Below, in pieces: positions 13,210 to 25,314 of a stretch of DNA of 64,000 nucleotides. The stretch is from Blepharisma stoltei ATCC 30299. Lineage: Eukaryota; Protista; Ciliophora. The DNA lies in assembly GCA_965603825.1 (NCBI GenBank), contig CBFDEM010000012.1, positions 310,001-374,000 of the forward strand, given 5' to 3'. Under the pieces are notes generated by a model, which searched no databases, was not told the origin of the DNA, and worked only from the letters and a program-made list of their open reading frames with translations. Both the position numbers and the translations under genes were made by a program. Each line of letters begins with the position of its first letter. Position 1 is the stretch's first letter.

Positions 13210-15834
13210 ATGGCAAAAACTAAAGTTGCCTTTTTGTGCTTAGTTTTGCTCAGCTTTTCATATGCCTCAAACGATTACGGATTTTCAGAAGAAGAGGTTT
13301 CAGCTTTTACAAACCCTTATGTAGTCACTAGCGTTGTTTCTAACACAGGTGGCGTTACTGTTCAAGCTCAATATCAAGCACCAGCTGATTTAGAGACTCC
13401 AGCTTCAGAGCAAATCATAACTAACCTCGCAATCACCATCCAATACGATAACCCATATCGTGTGCGTTTTACAATGACTGATGCAAACAACGCCCGCTGG
13501 CAAGTCCCTAATGCAATTCCATCCTATACTCCATCTGGGGCAGGAAGCTTCTACTCCTTGGCTCCAATCGTAGTTGGTCAGCCTCTCTCTATAAAAATCA
13601 CAAGGACAACTGATAATAAGGTGGTATTTTTCCTAAATCCATCGCAGCCTTTTGGATACAACAATCAAGACATCGGCTTTGCAAATTGGTTAGGATACCC
13701 AATTAAAGTTATGGGACTAGGTGAAAGAATTTCTTCTTTTGTCTTAGCCCAAGGCTCTTATACCCTTTATGCTCGTGATAGAGGCTCTCCAATTGACACA
13801 GGTGACACTCCAGATTCTAACATGTACAGCTCTCAACCATTTTACCTCGCAGTTGATAATCAGTTAGCCGCTCATGGTGGGCTATTCTTGAACTCTAACG
13901 CAATGACTGCCTTTGTAGGGAGCAACTTTGTAGGATTTAGAACAACCGGTGGGATCATTGACTTCTTCCTATTTATAGGTCCTCAGCCAGCTGATGTAAT
14001 CAATCAATACCACGATTTGATAGGCTACCCAACACTAGTCCCTTGGTGGGGTTTAGGCTGGCATCAGTGCAGATATGGATTTCAGAATATCTCAGTGGTT
14101 TCTAGCGTAACTACTTCATATACAACTTACAATCTTCCATTGGATGCGATGTGGATTGATATTGACTACATGAACCAATATCAAGATTTTACTCTTGACC
14201 CAGTCAACTTCCCACAAGCCAGCTTCACCACATGGGTCACAAACTTGAAAGCCGCAAACAAGCACTTTGTCCCTATCGTAGATGCTGGAATTGCTCAGAG
14301 CGCCGGCTATTCTGTGTACAATTCTGGACTTAATCCTAATGTGTACATCACCTCAGCTTACAAGAATGTTCCTACCACAGGAGTAGTTTGGCCTGGAGTT
14401 TCAGTCTTTGTGGACTGGTTTAACCCTAATGCAAATGCTTTTTGGACAGGCCAACTGACTAAGTTCAATACCTTGACTTCATTTTCAGGGATCTGGATAG
14501 ATATGAATGAAGCTAGTAACTTTGTGAATGGAGAGCCAGGCCACCCTCCTTCTCAAATCACAAACTTAACGATGCCTTATACCCCTGGCCAAGATGTGAA
14601 TGACAATTCAATAGATGTGGCTTCAATACACTATGGAGGAATTCTTGAGTACAACGTCCACAGTTTGTTTGGATTCGGCGAGACAATGGCTACTTATCAA
14701 TACTTTAAAGGACTTAATTTGAGGCCTTTCATAATTACCAGGAGCTCATTCGTAGGAACTGGAAGATATGCTGGGAAATGGACTGGTGACAACTTCTCAC
14801 AGTGGAGCTTCTTAGCATACTCAATTACTGGTCTCTTCGACTTAGGAATGTTTGGAATTCCATTCGCTGGAGCTGATATCTGTGGCTTCCAAGGCAACAC
14901 CAATGAAGAATTGTGCTCCAGATGGATGCAATTAGGAACCTTATATCCTTTCTCAAGAAATCACAACGCAAAAGGTTCAGTTGATCAGTATCCTTGGTCA
15001 TTTGGCAGCACTCTTTTGCAGACCTCAAACATCGCTATTCGAACTAAATACTCTCTATTACTCCACTTTGCTACTGGAATGTTCAGAGTATCTCTTATGG
15101 GAGGAATGCATTTCAGACCAGCATTTTTCGACTATCCCAACGATATCAACTTGCTTAATAACGCTACCTCTCATTTCATGCTTGGTGAAGGACTTATAGT
15201 TCATCCTTGTCTCTGGCCAGGTGTAACTGGCTCTACATCATATTTCCCATATGATCTTTGGTATGACTTCTACCAAGGAACTTACATGCAATTGAACTAT
15301 TACAACAGCGCTTATTTAAATATGACATTACCTGGCCCGATCCCAATTCATATTAAAGGAGGGTACATTGTTCCTACTTTAGACAATTCAAACACAGCTC
15401 TTGATACTATATCATTGAGGAAGTCTCCAATTACGCTAGTAGTTGCATTAAATGGAGCATTCCAAGCTGATGGGCACGCAGTGTTTGATGATGGACTTTC
15501 AATCAACAGCCTAAGTGGAAACCTATATACAATGATTAATTATCATTATCAATATGTCAATGCTACAACTGATACCTTGATCATTCAACCAACAATAAGT
15601 GGGTATACAAGAGCTAATGGAGAATTCCCATATATTTCAAATATTATTATATATGGATGCGTTGAAGGAATAAGAAATGTATTTTACACCACGACTGCGT
15701 TTTCAGGCCAGCTAAACCCAGTATTTTTGCTTTGGAATCCTAATACCTCAGTATGCAAGATTATCCTTTCATCTTCTAGGCAGCTTGTGCTTCCTGACAT
15801 GGCAGGGCAGCTAACCATCAACTTTTATCTCTAA
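13210..15834 (+). CDS. Secreted/lysosomal alpha-glucosidase, glycoside hydrolase family 31
   Basis: Signal peptide; MWIDIDYM, WIDMNE nucleophile motif, WTGDN, GADICGF, RNHN. Confidence 0.95.
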   Translation: MAKTKVAFLCLVLLSFSYASNDYGFSEEEVSAFTNPYVVTSVVSNTGGVTVQAQYQAPADLETPASEQIITNLAITIQYDNPYRVRFTMTDANNARWQVPNAIPSYTPSGAGSFYSLAPIVVGQPLSIKITRTTDNKVVFFLNPSQPFGYNNQDIGFANWLGYPIKVMGLGERISSFVLAQGSYTLYARDRGSPIDTGDTPDSNMYSSQPFYLAVDNQLAAHGGLFLNSNAMTAFVGSNFVGFRTTGGIIDFFLFIGPQPADVINQYHDLIGYPTLVPWWGLGWHQCRYGFQNISVVSSVTTSYTTYNLPLDAMWIDIDYMNQYQDFTLDPVNFPQASFTTWVTNLKAANKHFVPIVDAGIAQSAGYSVYNSGLNPNVYITSAYKNVPTTGVVWPGVSVFVDWFNPNANAFWTGQLTKFNTLTSFSGIWIDMNEASNFVNGEPGHPPSQITNLTMPYTPGQDVNDNSIDVASIHYGGILEYNVHSLFGFGETMATYQYFKGLNLRPFIITRSSFVGTGRYAGKWTGDNFSQWSFLAYSITGLFDLGMFGIPFAGADICGFQGNTNEELCSRWMQLGTLYPFSRNHNAKGSVDQYPWSFGSTLLQTSNIAIRTKYSLLLHFATGMFRVSLMGGMHFRPAFFDYPNDINLLNNATSHFMLGEGLIVHPCLWPGVTGSTSYFPYDLWYDFYQGTYMQLNYYNSAYLNMTLPGPIPIHIKGGYIVPTLDNSNTALDTISLRKSPITLVVALNGAFQADGHAVFDDGLSINSLSGNLYTMINYHYQYVNATTDTLIIQPTISGYTRANGEFPYISNIIIYGCVEGIRNVFYTTTAFSGQLNPVFLLWNPNTSVCKIILSSSRQLVLPDMAGQLTINFYL

Positions 15835-16099
15835 CTAAAGAGTAATCAAAGTAAATTGTTGATTTATTAAATTAAACAATAAAATTCTTTAATGATGCCA
15901 ACTAAATATTACTTAATGATAAAAATAGCTTATTATAAATTCAGCTAAATAGTTCGCAATTATAATTTGCCATGATAAAATTCAGTTTATTTTCGACCAA
16001 TAATTTTCCTATTTGAAACCTTTAAGTGTCTCCAACATTAGCAAATGAATTAATTCTCTTATTAAAATTTCTGCTTTCCTCAAGATATTTTTAATATAA

Positions 16100-18349
16100 A
16101 TGCTATCTCCAGGTTTTTTTAAAAAGAGAAATTGGTCTTCATTTTCCTTAGTGGAATTCTCTCAAGCCTCCTCCAAGTCACTAAGTTATGACTACAAAGC
16201 CCAATTTACCATTAAGCGTCTCACAAAAGAAGATTATTTTCCTTCATCCGAAAACTTGGATGAAGAAGGTAGTAAATCACACTGCATTTTTCATCCAGAG
16301 AGCAATTGAAAATTTTTTTGAAACCTGCTTTCGCTTTTTTTTATCTTTTACCAGGCTATAGAAATTCCTTTCCTGCTTGTGTTTACAATAGATGACCTGA
16401 CTATTTGAAATGCTATTGATAATGCAATCAAAGTGTTTTTTCTTACTGATATTGCAATCAACTTTAATACAGGATTTTATAAAGGCGGAGCTGTTATCAC
16501 AAAACGCATAGAAATCGCTAGGAATTATTTGAGATTTTGATTCTGGTTTGATCTTATAGCAACAATTCCGCTTGAAGATTTATTTGAAGCCTTTAGGATT
16601 TCAAACTCAAGTGCTACTCATGCAGCTCAAATTGTAAGAGTAATTAAGATAAATAAACTTTTGAGACTCATAAGAATTTCAAAGCTCAAGCAAATTATTA
16701 TTGGCATTGAAGATTACATTGCAAGCCATACTTTAGCGATATTACTGGTTTTTCTCAGACTCGTAGTTTCAGCTTATATGGTAGCACACTGAGCAGCTTG
16801 TGTATGGTATTATATCGCTTCAAACGATGCAGAGACCAACCCTGACACCTGGCTAAATAACACCTATATGGAGAAAGATGATTTGACTGAGATTTATATC
16901 ACAGCATTGTACTGAGCCTTCACAACAATGACAACTGTTGGCTATGGAGATGTCTATCCAATTACACAAAACGAAATCATTGTGGCATGCGCCGCTATGG
17001 CTGTTGCTTGTGCCCTCTTTGGATACACTGTGGGCAGCATTGGCGCTCTTGTCTCTAAATCAAATGCTGAGTCTGATGAATATCGCGATAAGGTCTTGGC
17101 TATTAATGCTTATATGAAAAACAAAGAAATTCCAGGTGACCTGAGATTTAGGGTAAGAAGGTACCTAGATTACATCTGGGAAAACAAGAAGCATAGCATC
17201 ATGGGGGAAATTGAAATTCTAGGCCTATTATCAGAGCCGCTAAAGGAAGAAGTCTATGTCCATACAAGAGGAGAAATTTTATACACATGCCAGGTATTTA
17301 ACACTTCTTTTCAAAAAACCTTTATTTTGCAATTAACCAAGATTCTCGAGCAAAGAACATTTGCCCCTAATGACACTGTTTTTGACGAAGGAGAGAAAAG
17401 CCAAACACTGTTTTTCATTAAATCTGGAACAGTAGAACTTTATCACCACCAGACTCAATCAATATTCCAAGAGCTTAAATCTGGTTCCCACTTCGGGGAA
17501 ATTGCTTTTTTTACTGGATTTCCCAGGTGCTGCTCATCAAAATGTACAGGATTTGTAGAAACTTTGTCTCTTTCTCGAGAAATGATGGACTCTGCATTAG
17601 ATAGAAACCCCGATGCTGCACGAGCTTGTGATTATTTACAAACTCAATGCCATCAGGGTGATTTAACTTCTCTTGGAATCGTCTGCTATTTGTGTGGAGG
17701 ACTAGGACATGTGTCAGCTTTCTGTAAGAAGGTATTGCTCAACCAAACAGACGATGTTGTCAAGGCAAAATGGCTTAAGCAGAAAAGTGGTTTGACCACT
17801 GTGATTAATCCTTTTGAGCTTAAAAACAACCGAAAAAAGCGAAATGTCCATCATTTCCGATACCGAGCCTTCAATGCTGTAGGAGCTGACAGAGATCCCA
17901 GAACCATTTTCCTGGATGACCCTGCTCTTTCATTTAAAATCAACCGCTACTTTGAAAGAGAGTTCAGGAAAGAAATAAAAAATCGTAAAGGAGATAAGAA
18001 TGACCTGAGGAAAACTGTGACAAACATTGATGAAATCTTGTGCACAAGTGAACAGGATGAGGAAAGGGAAAATATCATAAACACTATGTTCGTCAGAAGC
18101 TTCGAATTTGATAGAAGCCTGCTATTCGGCTCTAGGCACAGCACCGCTAAAAGCGATCAAGGAGAAGAAATTTTGATAAAGAGCAAAAGCAATCCGCAAG
18201 AGCCAAAAGTGTATCTTAACATTCCAAGTCCATCAAGATTCCATTCTGCAAAAGAGTACCTTAATGTGCCTTCTCCAGCCAGATATAATTCTGAAAGATC
18301 GCTGCTCTACCACAATAAATGTAGTTCAGAAGGAGACCTGCTAAAATAA
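16100..18349 (+). CDS. Cyclic-nucleotide-binding-domain K+ channel (EAG/HCN-like), 749 aa
   Basis: One frame through six TGA codons (16307, 16319, 16406, 16538, 16790, 16913); S4 RVIKINKLLRLIRISKLK, AH-W-AAC, ALY-W-AFTTMTTVGYGD pore, C-linker, CNBD (FGEIA). Confidence 0.93.
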
Positions 18350-18380
18350 TGCTTATACATATTATCTTAAATGGGTTATA

Positions 18381-19568
18381 TTAAGCCTTAAACAAAGACA
18401 ACATTTTAATTTCTTTTCGCAGGTTGCTCAGCCACTCTTGTGTAACCTTTGGTTTGAATCTTGAAGAGCTCAAGCTGACTTCTTCGATCCTCTTCTGGAA
18501 CTCTTCAATTTCTTCATCAATTTCAATTTCTACCTCTTTTCTTTGCTTCCCATTGCTTTGGCTCCTATTTTTTGCCTTATTTTTCTTTGGAGTTTCGTCT
18601 CCATTGATAAAATTGACAATTTCATCGACACTCATTTCTTCTCACCTCACAATCTGTTTATTTCGCTTGAACTTCGTTCGATTGTTTGGGCTGCTTGCTT
18701 CAGAAAGCATGTTTAAATGTAACGATTCTTCGTCATAGAGTTGGCAAGCCCTCCTAGCAGCTTCACATTGATTTACAAACTCTCTCGCACTTTGGATTTT
18801 TTCTTCAAGTGGGCTTAGGACACGATGGAAGAAGAGGACTCTATTGACCTCTTCAAAAGTTGTGAAGTTCTTTTTGTAGTATCTCTGCATTGCGTCTTTT
18901 ACTTCTCGGCTTGCCCGCATGAAGACTTTATTCGCTTTGTCAATTCCGATGAGGACTGTGATAAGGTCGGGATCATCGTATTTTTTAAGATGTGTCAAAA
19001 GTTTGTCAGAGAAATTGTTAGCATTGTCATAGTAAATTTGGTAGAGAGACTCGAATTCTTCACCTCGTTTGAGAGAAGGATTATGACGTATATCTAATCT
19101 CTGATCAAATTTGAAGTATTCCGAGTTAGATATGTCAGTCTTTTGGCTTAAAGAGTTTGTGAATTCTGCAAAATACAGTTCAAACATTTGTCTTAGACTA
19201 TCTGATACCTTAGATTCAATAATAGATAAAGGATCAGGGTTGCAAACAAGAGAATTGGTATTAGACGTATATATTTGTGGTGGTTGGGGTATTGTGTCAC
19301 TTTGCCTTAAGCTTGTAGGTGATTTTATAGGTAATGCGAGAGAAATGTGATCAAATGCATCTGAATTTAGAGGCTGCAGAGTAGAATCCCGATAGCTTAA
19401 GCTTACTGAGGTTTTTATAGGAGATGCAAGAGAAATGTGATTAGATGTAGGGTTCTGGAGAGCAGATTCGCTTTGACTTGAGCTTGTTGAGGGTGTTCTA
19501 GGTTTTTGCTTTTTTCCCATTTTTATTACTTGGTTTCTTTGAGATACGATAAAATTTGAATTGGACAT
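18381..19568 (-). CDS. Hypothetical protein with a C-terminal SVDEIVNFING...EIEEF motif
   Basis: Two track ORFs join through TGA at 18642; the start may be the later ATG (MGKKQK). Confidence 0.75.
19263..19443 (-). repeat. 90-nt (30 aa) internal tandem duplication
   Basis: NHISLASPIKTSVSL.../DHISLALPIKSPTSL...; AGAAATGTGA recurs at 19341 and 19431. Confidence 0.75.
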
Positions 19569-19882
19569 ACTTTGCTAAGTATATAGGCCTTTGCAGATTT
19601 CTGTATTTGGAAAATTTAAAACAATTAATTTATTTGCCCTAGCAAGAAAAAGAGAAATATAGCCAATTCTTTTGAGACTTATCTTTCGTTGGTAAGTAAT
19701 TAGCTAAAGAAATCCTTATTAAGCCTATAATGTTTAATATGCAAGCACAAATGAAACAACTATTTATCAATAGCAATAAAAATATAAGCAATAGTTATAT
19801 TCTTAAATATTAAATAAATAATAATGCTTCATTTTCATATTATTTTTCTAAATGCTACTTCAAAAGTGCTTTGAAATTAAAA

Positions 19883-20983
19883 ATGTCAATTTATCAGTTT
19901 GAAATTCTTAACAAACTCGGTGAAGGTGCCTTCTCAAGTGTTTACAAGGTCCGCCGAAAATCCGATGGACAAATCTATGCTTTGAAGAAAGTTAAATTCG
20001 CTCCTATGAACTACAGAGAAAAAGAAAATGCACTCAATGAAGTTCGCATTTTAGCATCAATAGACCATCCAAACATAATTGCTTATAAAGAAGCATTTTT
20101 CGATGAAGGAACTTCTTCCCTCTGCATAGTAATGGAATATGCTGAAGGAGGAGATCTGTTAAATAAGATTGAAAATTGTAAGAAAAGAAGCATTTATTTC
20201 ACTGAAAATGAAATTCTCAGCACTTTAGCTCAAACAATCAGAGGGCTCAAAGCTTTGCATGACTTAAAAATTCTACATAGAGACATAAAAGTATTTCATA
20301 TTTAGTGCGCAAACATATTTTTGACTGCAAATGGAACTGTAAAAATAGGAGACTTAAACGTCTCGAAAGTGAATAAAGGTGGGCTTGCATATACCCAGAC
20401 TGGGACGCCTTATTATGCAAGTCCTGAAGTGTGGCAGGACAAGCCTTATAATTCTAGTTCCGATATCTGGTCACTAGGCTGTGTGATTTATGAGATGACA
20501 ACTCTTCGCCCCCCATTCACTGGAGTTGACATGAAAGCGCTATATAGAAAAGTCATCAAAGGTCTTTACCAGCCAATTCCTGTCAATTTCTCAGCCGAGC
20601 TCTCCAATGTGATTAAGATGATGCTCCAAATCAGGCCAAATGCTCGGCCATCCTGTGAGAAGCTATTAGAAATGCCCTTTGCGCTGAGAGAAAGGAATTT
20701 CAAATACAATGCAGAAGCTGACTCAGAGCTGCTGAACACCATAAAGTTTGAGCCAAGTATGAAGGTTTTAAGTAACCGTCTTCCTGGCCCAAATTACGAA
20801 AGACGAGGCCGTGGGTTGAGTGCACGAGGTTCTAAAGAAGAACTGGACAAAGAAAATCAGGTGAACACACAAAAGCTTAGAGATGCTCTAAGCTCTGACC
20901 CTGAACGGCATGTGAAATTAAGGCAAGGACTACAGAAAAACCGTGTAAGACTTCCGCTGATCCCACTCCCTAAACCTTTTTAA
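19883..20983 (+). CDS. NIMA-related (NEK) Ser/Thr kinase, one intron
   Basis: GEGAFS, ALKK, NEVRILAS, HRDIK|CANIF restored by splicing 20291-20305, GDLNVSK, GTPYYASPE. Confidence 0.95.
20291..20305 (+). other. 15-nt spliceosomal intron GTATTTCATATTTAG
   Basis: Removal restores the HRDIKCANIF catalytic loop. Confidence 0.95.
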
Positions 20984-21008
20984 AACATTTATACAATTTC
21001 TTATTTAA

Positions 21009-22583
21009 ATGGCGGGGTTATTGGAAGAGTCAAATAGATTTGAGAAAAGACTCCAGAATTTCCAAGCAATTCTCCCTGACGAGCTTAAAAAGAAGCACGA
21101 AACCTTCTCTGTGAATCTACGAAGGGAAAAGCGAAATGAGACCAGAGCTAAAAAGCGATATCTTATAGAGAACTCTCAGCAGGTTGATATATCTTCAGAA
21201 TTCAACTTTAAAGTGGAGCCTTTAGCAGAGCTTTACCCTGAATTAAATGGGGATAAGTCTTTGAAGCAAAAATTCGAGATTTTGAAATCAATTTTTACCG
21301 AGAATAAAATTCAGAGTGAGAGCTTAATGATTTTGGATATGTTTAAACATTGAATTTCTTTAGATCGATTTTTCTTGCTCTTTCATGAAAACCTGGATGA
21401 AAATTTTTTGAAGGTTTTAATTGAGTATGTAGATTTTCAGATTGGAGAACAGGCTGTGCATGACTCGACTTGAATTATTTGTAATATCCTTTCTGGGCCA
21501 GCTGAATTTACTGAATGCTTTATTAAGTTAGGGGGATTAGAAAAAATTTTGAATGCGCTTTCATTGAAATCGATGATAGTAAGTGAACATATTTTTTGGG
21601 CACTGGCAAATATTGCAGGTGATGAAATGGAGTATTCAATTTTGTTAATTAAAAAGGGAGTTATTGGAGTTATATATGAATTTCTCATTGAAGCAAATAT
21701 AGAAAGTTTGGCAATGCAAAAAGTTGCTTTATGATGCTTAGTAAACATTTCAAATGCTTGGGCAGCTATGCCTCCAACAGAACTCAGAAAATTGCTGATT
21801 ATTTTACGTACAATGATCTCTATAGAGAGCAATGAGGTAAAATGCTATTGCTTAGAAGCTCTTTGCAAAATTTCTCATAAAGAAGATTCAAAAGTACAGT
21901 TTGTTATTGATCAAGGCTTTATTCCCTTCGTTTTGAGAAACTTAAAGTCCTCTGAAGAATCCCTTCTTCATTCAAGCATCACTTTAATTGGGAATATCTG
22001 TGCAGGTACACATCTTCAAACGCAGAAAATGCTTGACGAAAACATATTAGACCTGCTACTTCCTCTTTCAGACCATCCTTCCTGAAAAATAAGGAAAAAT
22101 ATTTTCTGGATTATAGGAAATATTTCAGGAGGCACAAGAGAGCAGTGCGAAATGTTTCTTGATCATGAATTTCTAAACGTAGCAATAAGAGGTTTATTAG
22201 ATTATTCTTATGAAGTTAGACTCTATGCATCCTATATTTTTACCAATACAATGCATAATACAGACGAAGCGGGGAAAATGAAAATTATTGCTCACAACAT
22301 TTTCCTTGGGCTAGCTACAGCCCTTGCAGATCCTAATCAAGAATATTTGGTCAACATATTAGAAGTTTGCTATTATTTGCTAAAAGCAGGAGAGAATTAT
22401 GAAGTAAACCCAATCACTCAGCTTTTTGATTATTCTGGATGTCTGGATGCAATAGAAAGAGCGCAAAATCACAGCAATGACATAGTATGCAATGCATGCC
22501 AGACAATAATTGAAAATTTTTTTGGGGTAGAAGAAGTTATTGAAGGCGACTTTTTAAGGAGCGCAAAAACATTGATAGAGTAA
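21009..22583 (+). CDS. Importin-alpha-like ARM-repeat protein, 524 aa
   Basis: IBB-like VNLRREKRNETRAKKR; WALANIAGD; TGA at 21351, 21471, 21732 and 22083, with 21471 and 21732 at WxxxN ARM positions. Confidence 0.88.
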
Positions 22584-22603
22584 TAAATAATAGATTAACA
22601 CTA

Positions 22604-23788
22604 CTAAGGTTTATCTTCTGGAAACCTAGGGGAAAGCCAATCTTCGAACTCTTCTTTTCTAGGCTCATCCGATGAATATGACAAATCACTAATTTCTTCT
22701 TCTTCCTTACTATTATAACTGCTACTGCTTTTGAACTTTTCTTCTCTTTCATTCAAAAGCTCTTTAATGCTCTCTATTTCTTTTTCCAGTTCTTCATACG
22801 TTTTCTGGTACTTCGAGCTTTGGCTGGAAGCTGAAAGTCCGCTGTCAAGGCTTTTTACTAACGTATTTTGCTCGCTTATTATTTTTTCTAGTTTTTCTAT
22901 TGAATCCTTATGTGGGTCCTTTTCCTTAAAATAGCTGGGATATTTTTTATGGTTCTCAAACAGCTGTTTTCTCTTTTCTTCATACTCTTCTTTTATAGTA
23001 TCACGATTATCACTATAAGGCTCGCTCCAAGTGACTGTCTTTCTGCTAGCACTCGCACTAAGCGAAGAAGGATTGTCTGGGGAGGCTTCAGGGATTGCAA
23101 TGCTTGGGACTTCTTTTTCAGTTTTCTTCAAAATTGCTTTCTTTGATTTTTTGGGCCGCTTTTTCGTTGGAATTAGTGATGATTTCTCTTGCCGGGAAGA
23201 TGAGGAGAGCTGCGAATTGGATTTGCTCGTCTTGCTAAGACTTGACCTTGATTTATTATTTGAAGAACTCCTCAATGAAGAAGAATTCTGGGATGTCGAC
23301 AAATTCTTTGCAGTTGGCATCGAAACTTCAATAGTTTTTGACTTCGGCTCTTCTTCCACTATTTCGTCATTTGAAAAATAATTTGCAGGGACTGTTTGAG
23401 ATCGTAAGGATAGTGTCGTTATTCCTGGCCTTTCTCTTACTATTAGTTGCGGGATAACCATTTTGATTTTGGGGTAATCATTATTCACGTAATCATTTGA
23501 AGCTTCCTCTTGGGTTTTTTCCAGCTGATAAAGCTCAGTTGGTCTATGAGTGTTTTCAATTAGCCCATTTCCCCACACGTACTTCAAATTTCCGCCTTCC
23601 ACGCAGCTATCTGGGGCAAATCTTTCACCAAGTCTTGTTGGCTCTACCAAATTGGATGGGTTTGTGGAAGCTATTATTAGGCCTTGGTTAGATTTTCTTA
23701 ATAAAGCTTGAGTCTTGGAGTTGACAATTTGGTTTTCCAGCATTGGAAAAGCACTGATGCCGACCAATTGTGTTCGAAATGATTCCAT
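22604..23788 (-). CDS. Hypothetical Ser/Lys/Glu-rich protein with coiled coil
   Basis: 394-aa open frame ATG to TAG; no family recognised. Confidence 0.75.
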   Translation of the reverse strand: MESFRTQLVGISAFPMLENQIVNSKTQALLRKSNQGLIIASTNPSNLVEPTRLGERFAPDSCVEGGNLKYVWGNGLIENTHRPTELYQLEKTQEEASNDYVNNDYPKIKMVIPQLIVRERPGITTLSLRSQTVPANYFSNDEIVEEEPKSKTIEVSMPTAKNLSTSQNSSSLRSSSNNKSRSSLSKTSKSNSQLSSSSRQEKSSLIPTKKRPKKSKKAILKKTEKEVPSIAIPEASPDNPSSLSASASRKTVTWSEPYSDNRDTIKEEYEEKRKQLFENHKKYPSYFKEKDPHKDSIEKLEKIISEQNTLVKSLDSGLSASSQSSKYQKTYEELEKEIESIKELLNEREEKFKSSSSYNSKEEEEISDLSYSSDEPRKEEFEDWLSPRFPEDKP

Positions 23789-23821
23789 TTAAATTTAAGC
23801 GAATGAAGATGGATAAATAAA

Positions 23822-24229
23822 ATGCAAAAACTCAGCATTGAAGAGCTTGTGAGGCTGACTGGGACTTATATATGCAGCAGATGCACTGAATTAGGGTATA
23901 TTCCTCAGGTTTCGAAAACTCCTCCTTATAATCGAGTATTTTTAGAAACTCCAAGCCATAAAGCAATTTATATCAAACTTTTCGGACATGGGAACTCATT
24001 GATAAACACAGTTCACGCAAAATGAGGAATTATAGACCCTGAAAACCTAAAAACACTTGGATCTCTTGGCGATGATAATTTATGTCTGACTGCAATGGAT
24101 AAGTATCTTTTGCTTCAGCAGATTTCTAACACCATTGAGCCACTTTCACACAAAGAGATATCCCAATGCTCTTCTTCAATTCACAATTTGCAAGAAATCC
24201 TTGATCACTTTAATAAATTAATTGAATAA
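23822..24229 (+). CDS. Hypothetical protein, 135 aa
   Basis: Frame continues through TGA 24023 to TAA 24227-24229. Confidence 0.6.
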
Positions 24230-24234
24230 TAATC

Positions 24235-24474
24235 ATGGCAACTTTCTCTCTTTCCAAAACTACAAAAATCTCAAGAATCATTGATCAAGCTGAAATAGCT
24301 CTAAAAGAAACCAAAAAAATAACGATAATAGGAGAAGACTTGGCATCTGTGAAAGCAGTGACGCTAGCTGAGCAGTTGAAGAGCAAGTTTCCAAGTATCA
24401 CACAAATCAACAAAACGTATTTAAATGGGAACTACAGTGTTTTGGAAATTGAATTAAAATTAATTGAAAATTAA
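24235..24474 (+). CDS. Small Alba-fold (Alba/Rpp20/Rpp25-like) nucleic-acid-binding protein
   Basis: ITIIGEDLASVKAVTLAEQLK and SVLEIELK match the Alba pattern (G-x-A-I-x-K-A-V-x-x-A-E ... I-x-I-x-L). Confidence 0.7.
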   Translation: MATFSLSKTTKISRIIDQAEIALKETKKITIIGEDLASVKAVTLAEQLKSKFPSITQINKTYLNGNYSVLEIELKLIEN

Positions 24475-24499
24475 ATGCAATAAGAGCTCTTATAAAAAT

Positions 24500-25228
24500 T
24501 TAGACAGGCACTGGGGTTTTCTGACTCGCGTATTGTTCATACCAGTACTCAACTAGTTCCCAGTCAATGATAGTCCACCAATGCTCAATCCAGTCAAATG
24601 GGTCGTATAAGTAAGAAATATAGTATGCGTGCTCCCACATGTCAATTCCTAGAAAAGGGTAGCTTTCCCCACCAGCCAGTGGAGAATTGTCGTCTTCAGT
24701 AGTCTCTATAGCCAAATTTCCATTGTTGCTTTTTACTGAAAGCCACACCCATCCAGACCCAAAAACTGTATTTGCTTTCTCTGTGAATTCTTCCACAAAC
24801 TCGTTATAGCTTCCCCACGTACTTTCAATATCGTTGAATAGCTTCCCAGTTGGCCCATTCCCAGAGCATGAGGACTCTATAAGTATTCACCAAAACAAAG
24901 AATGGCCATAGTGTCCTCCAGCGAATCTTCCTAGTGCTTCGTCTTTTGTCCCATATTGGATCAAGAGATCAGTTACCTTTAATTTTTGATAATTTGTATT
25001 ATTTGTACATATAGTATTCAATGAGTTAAGACGATAAGCGTGCTCACGAGCGTAATGATAATAGAGATGGCCAGGCCAAATTGTAGGGTCCAAAGCATCA
25101 TAGCCATAAGGCAAAGCTGCCAGCGTGAAATTTGCGACTTCATTTAGAGGCGAAAAGTCTGACTTCGAGCAAATCGTCGCTAGGGAGACTGAGATTGAGA
25201 TGAGAAAAGATAGGCGTTTTAAGGACAT
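24500..25228 (-). CDS. Fe/Mn superoxide dismutase family protein with signal peptide, 242 aa
   Basis: LPYGYDALDP, GGHYGHSLFW-W(TGA 24887), FGSGWVWL, DMWEHAYY; hydrophobic N-terminus. Confidence 0.9.
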
Positions 25229-25314
25229 TTTAATTTTTTATAAAGAATTTTAAAAGAATCCAACTGATTAGAATCGTGAATCATATCTATAGCTATTCTT
25301 ATAATTTATTGACA

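Noticed and set aside
22731-23691. Antisense and alternative-frame ORFs (also 35086-35490, 45799-46530, 48220-48420 and others)
   Set aside because: Shadows of low-complexity coding sequence in another strand or frame, with no motifs.
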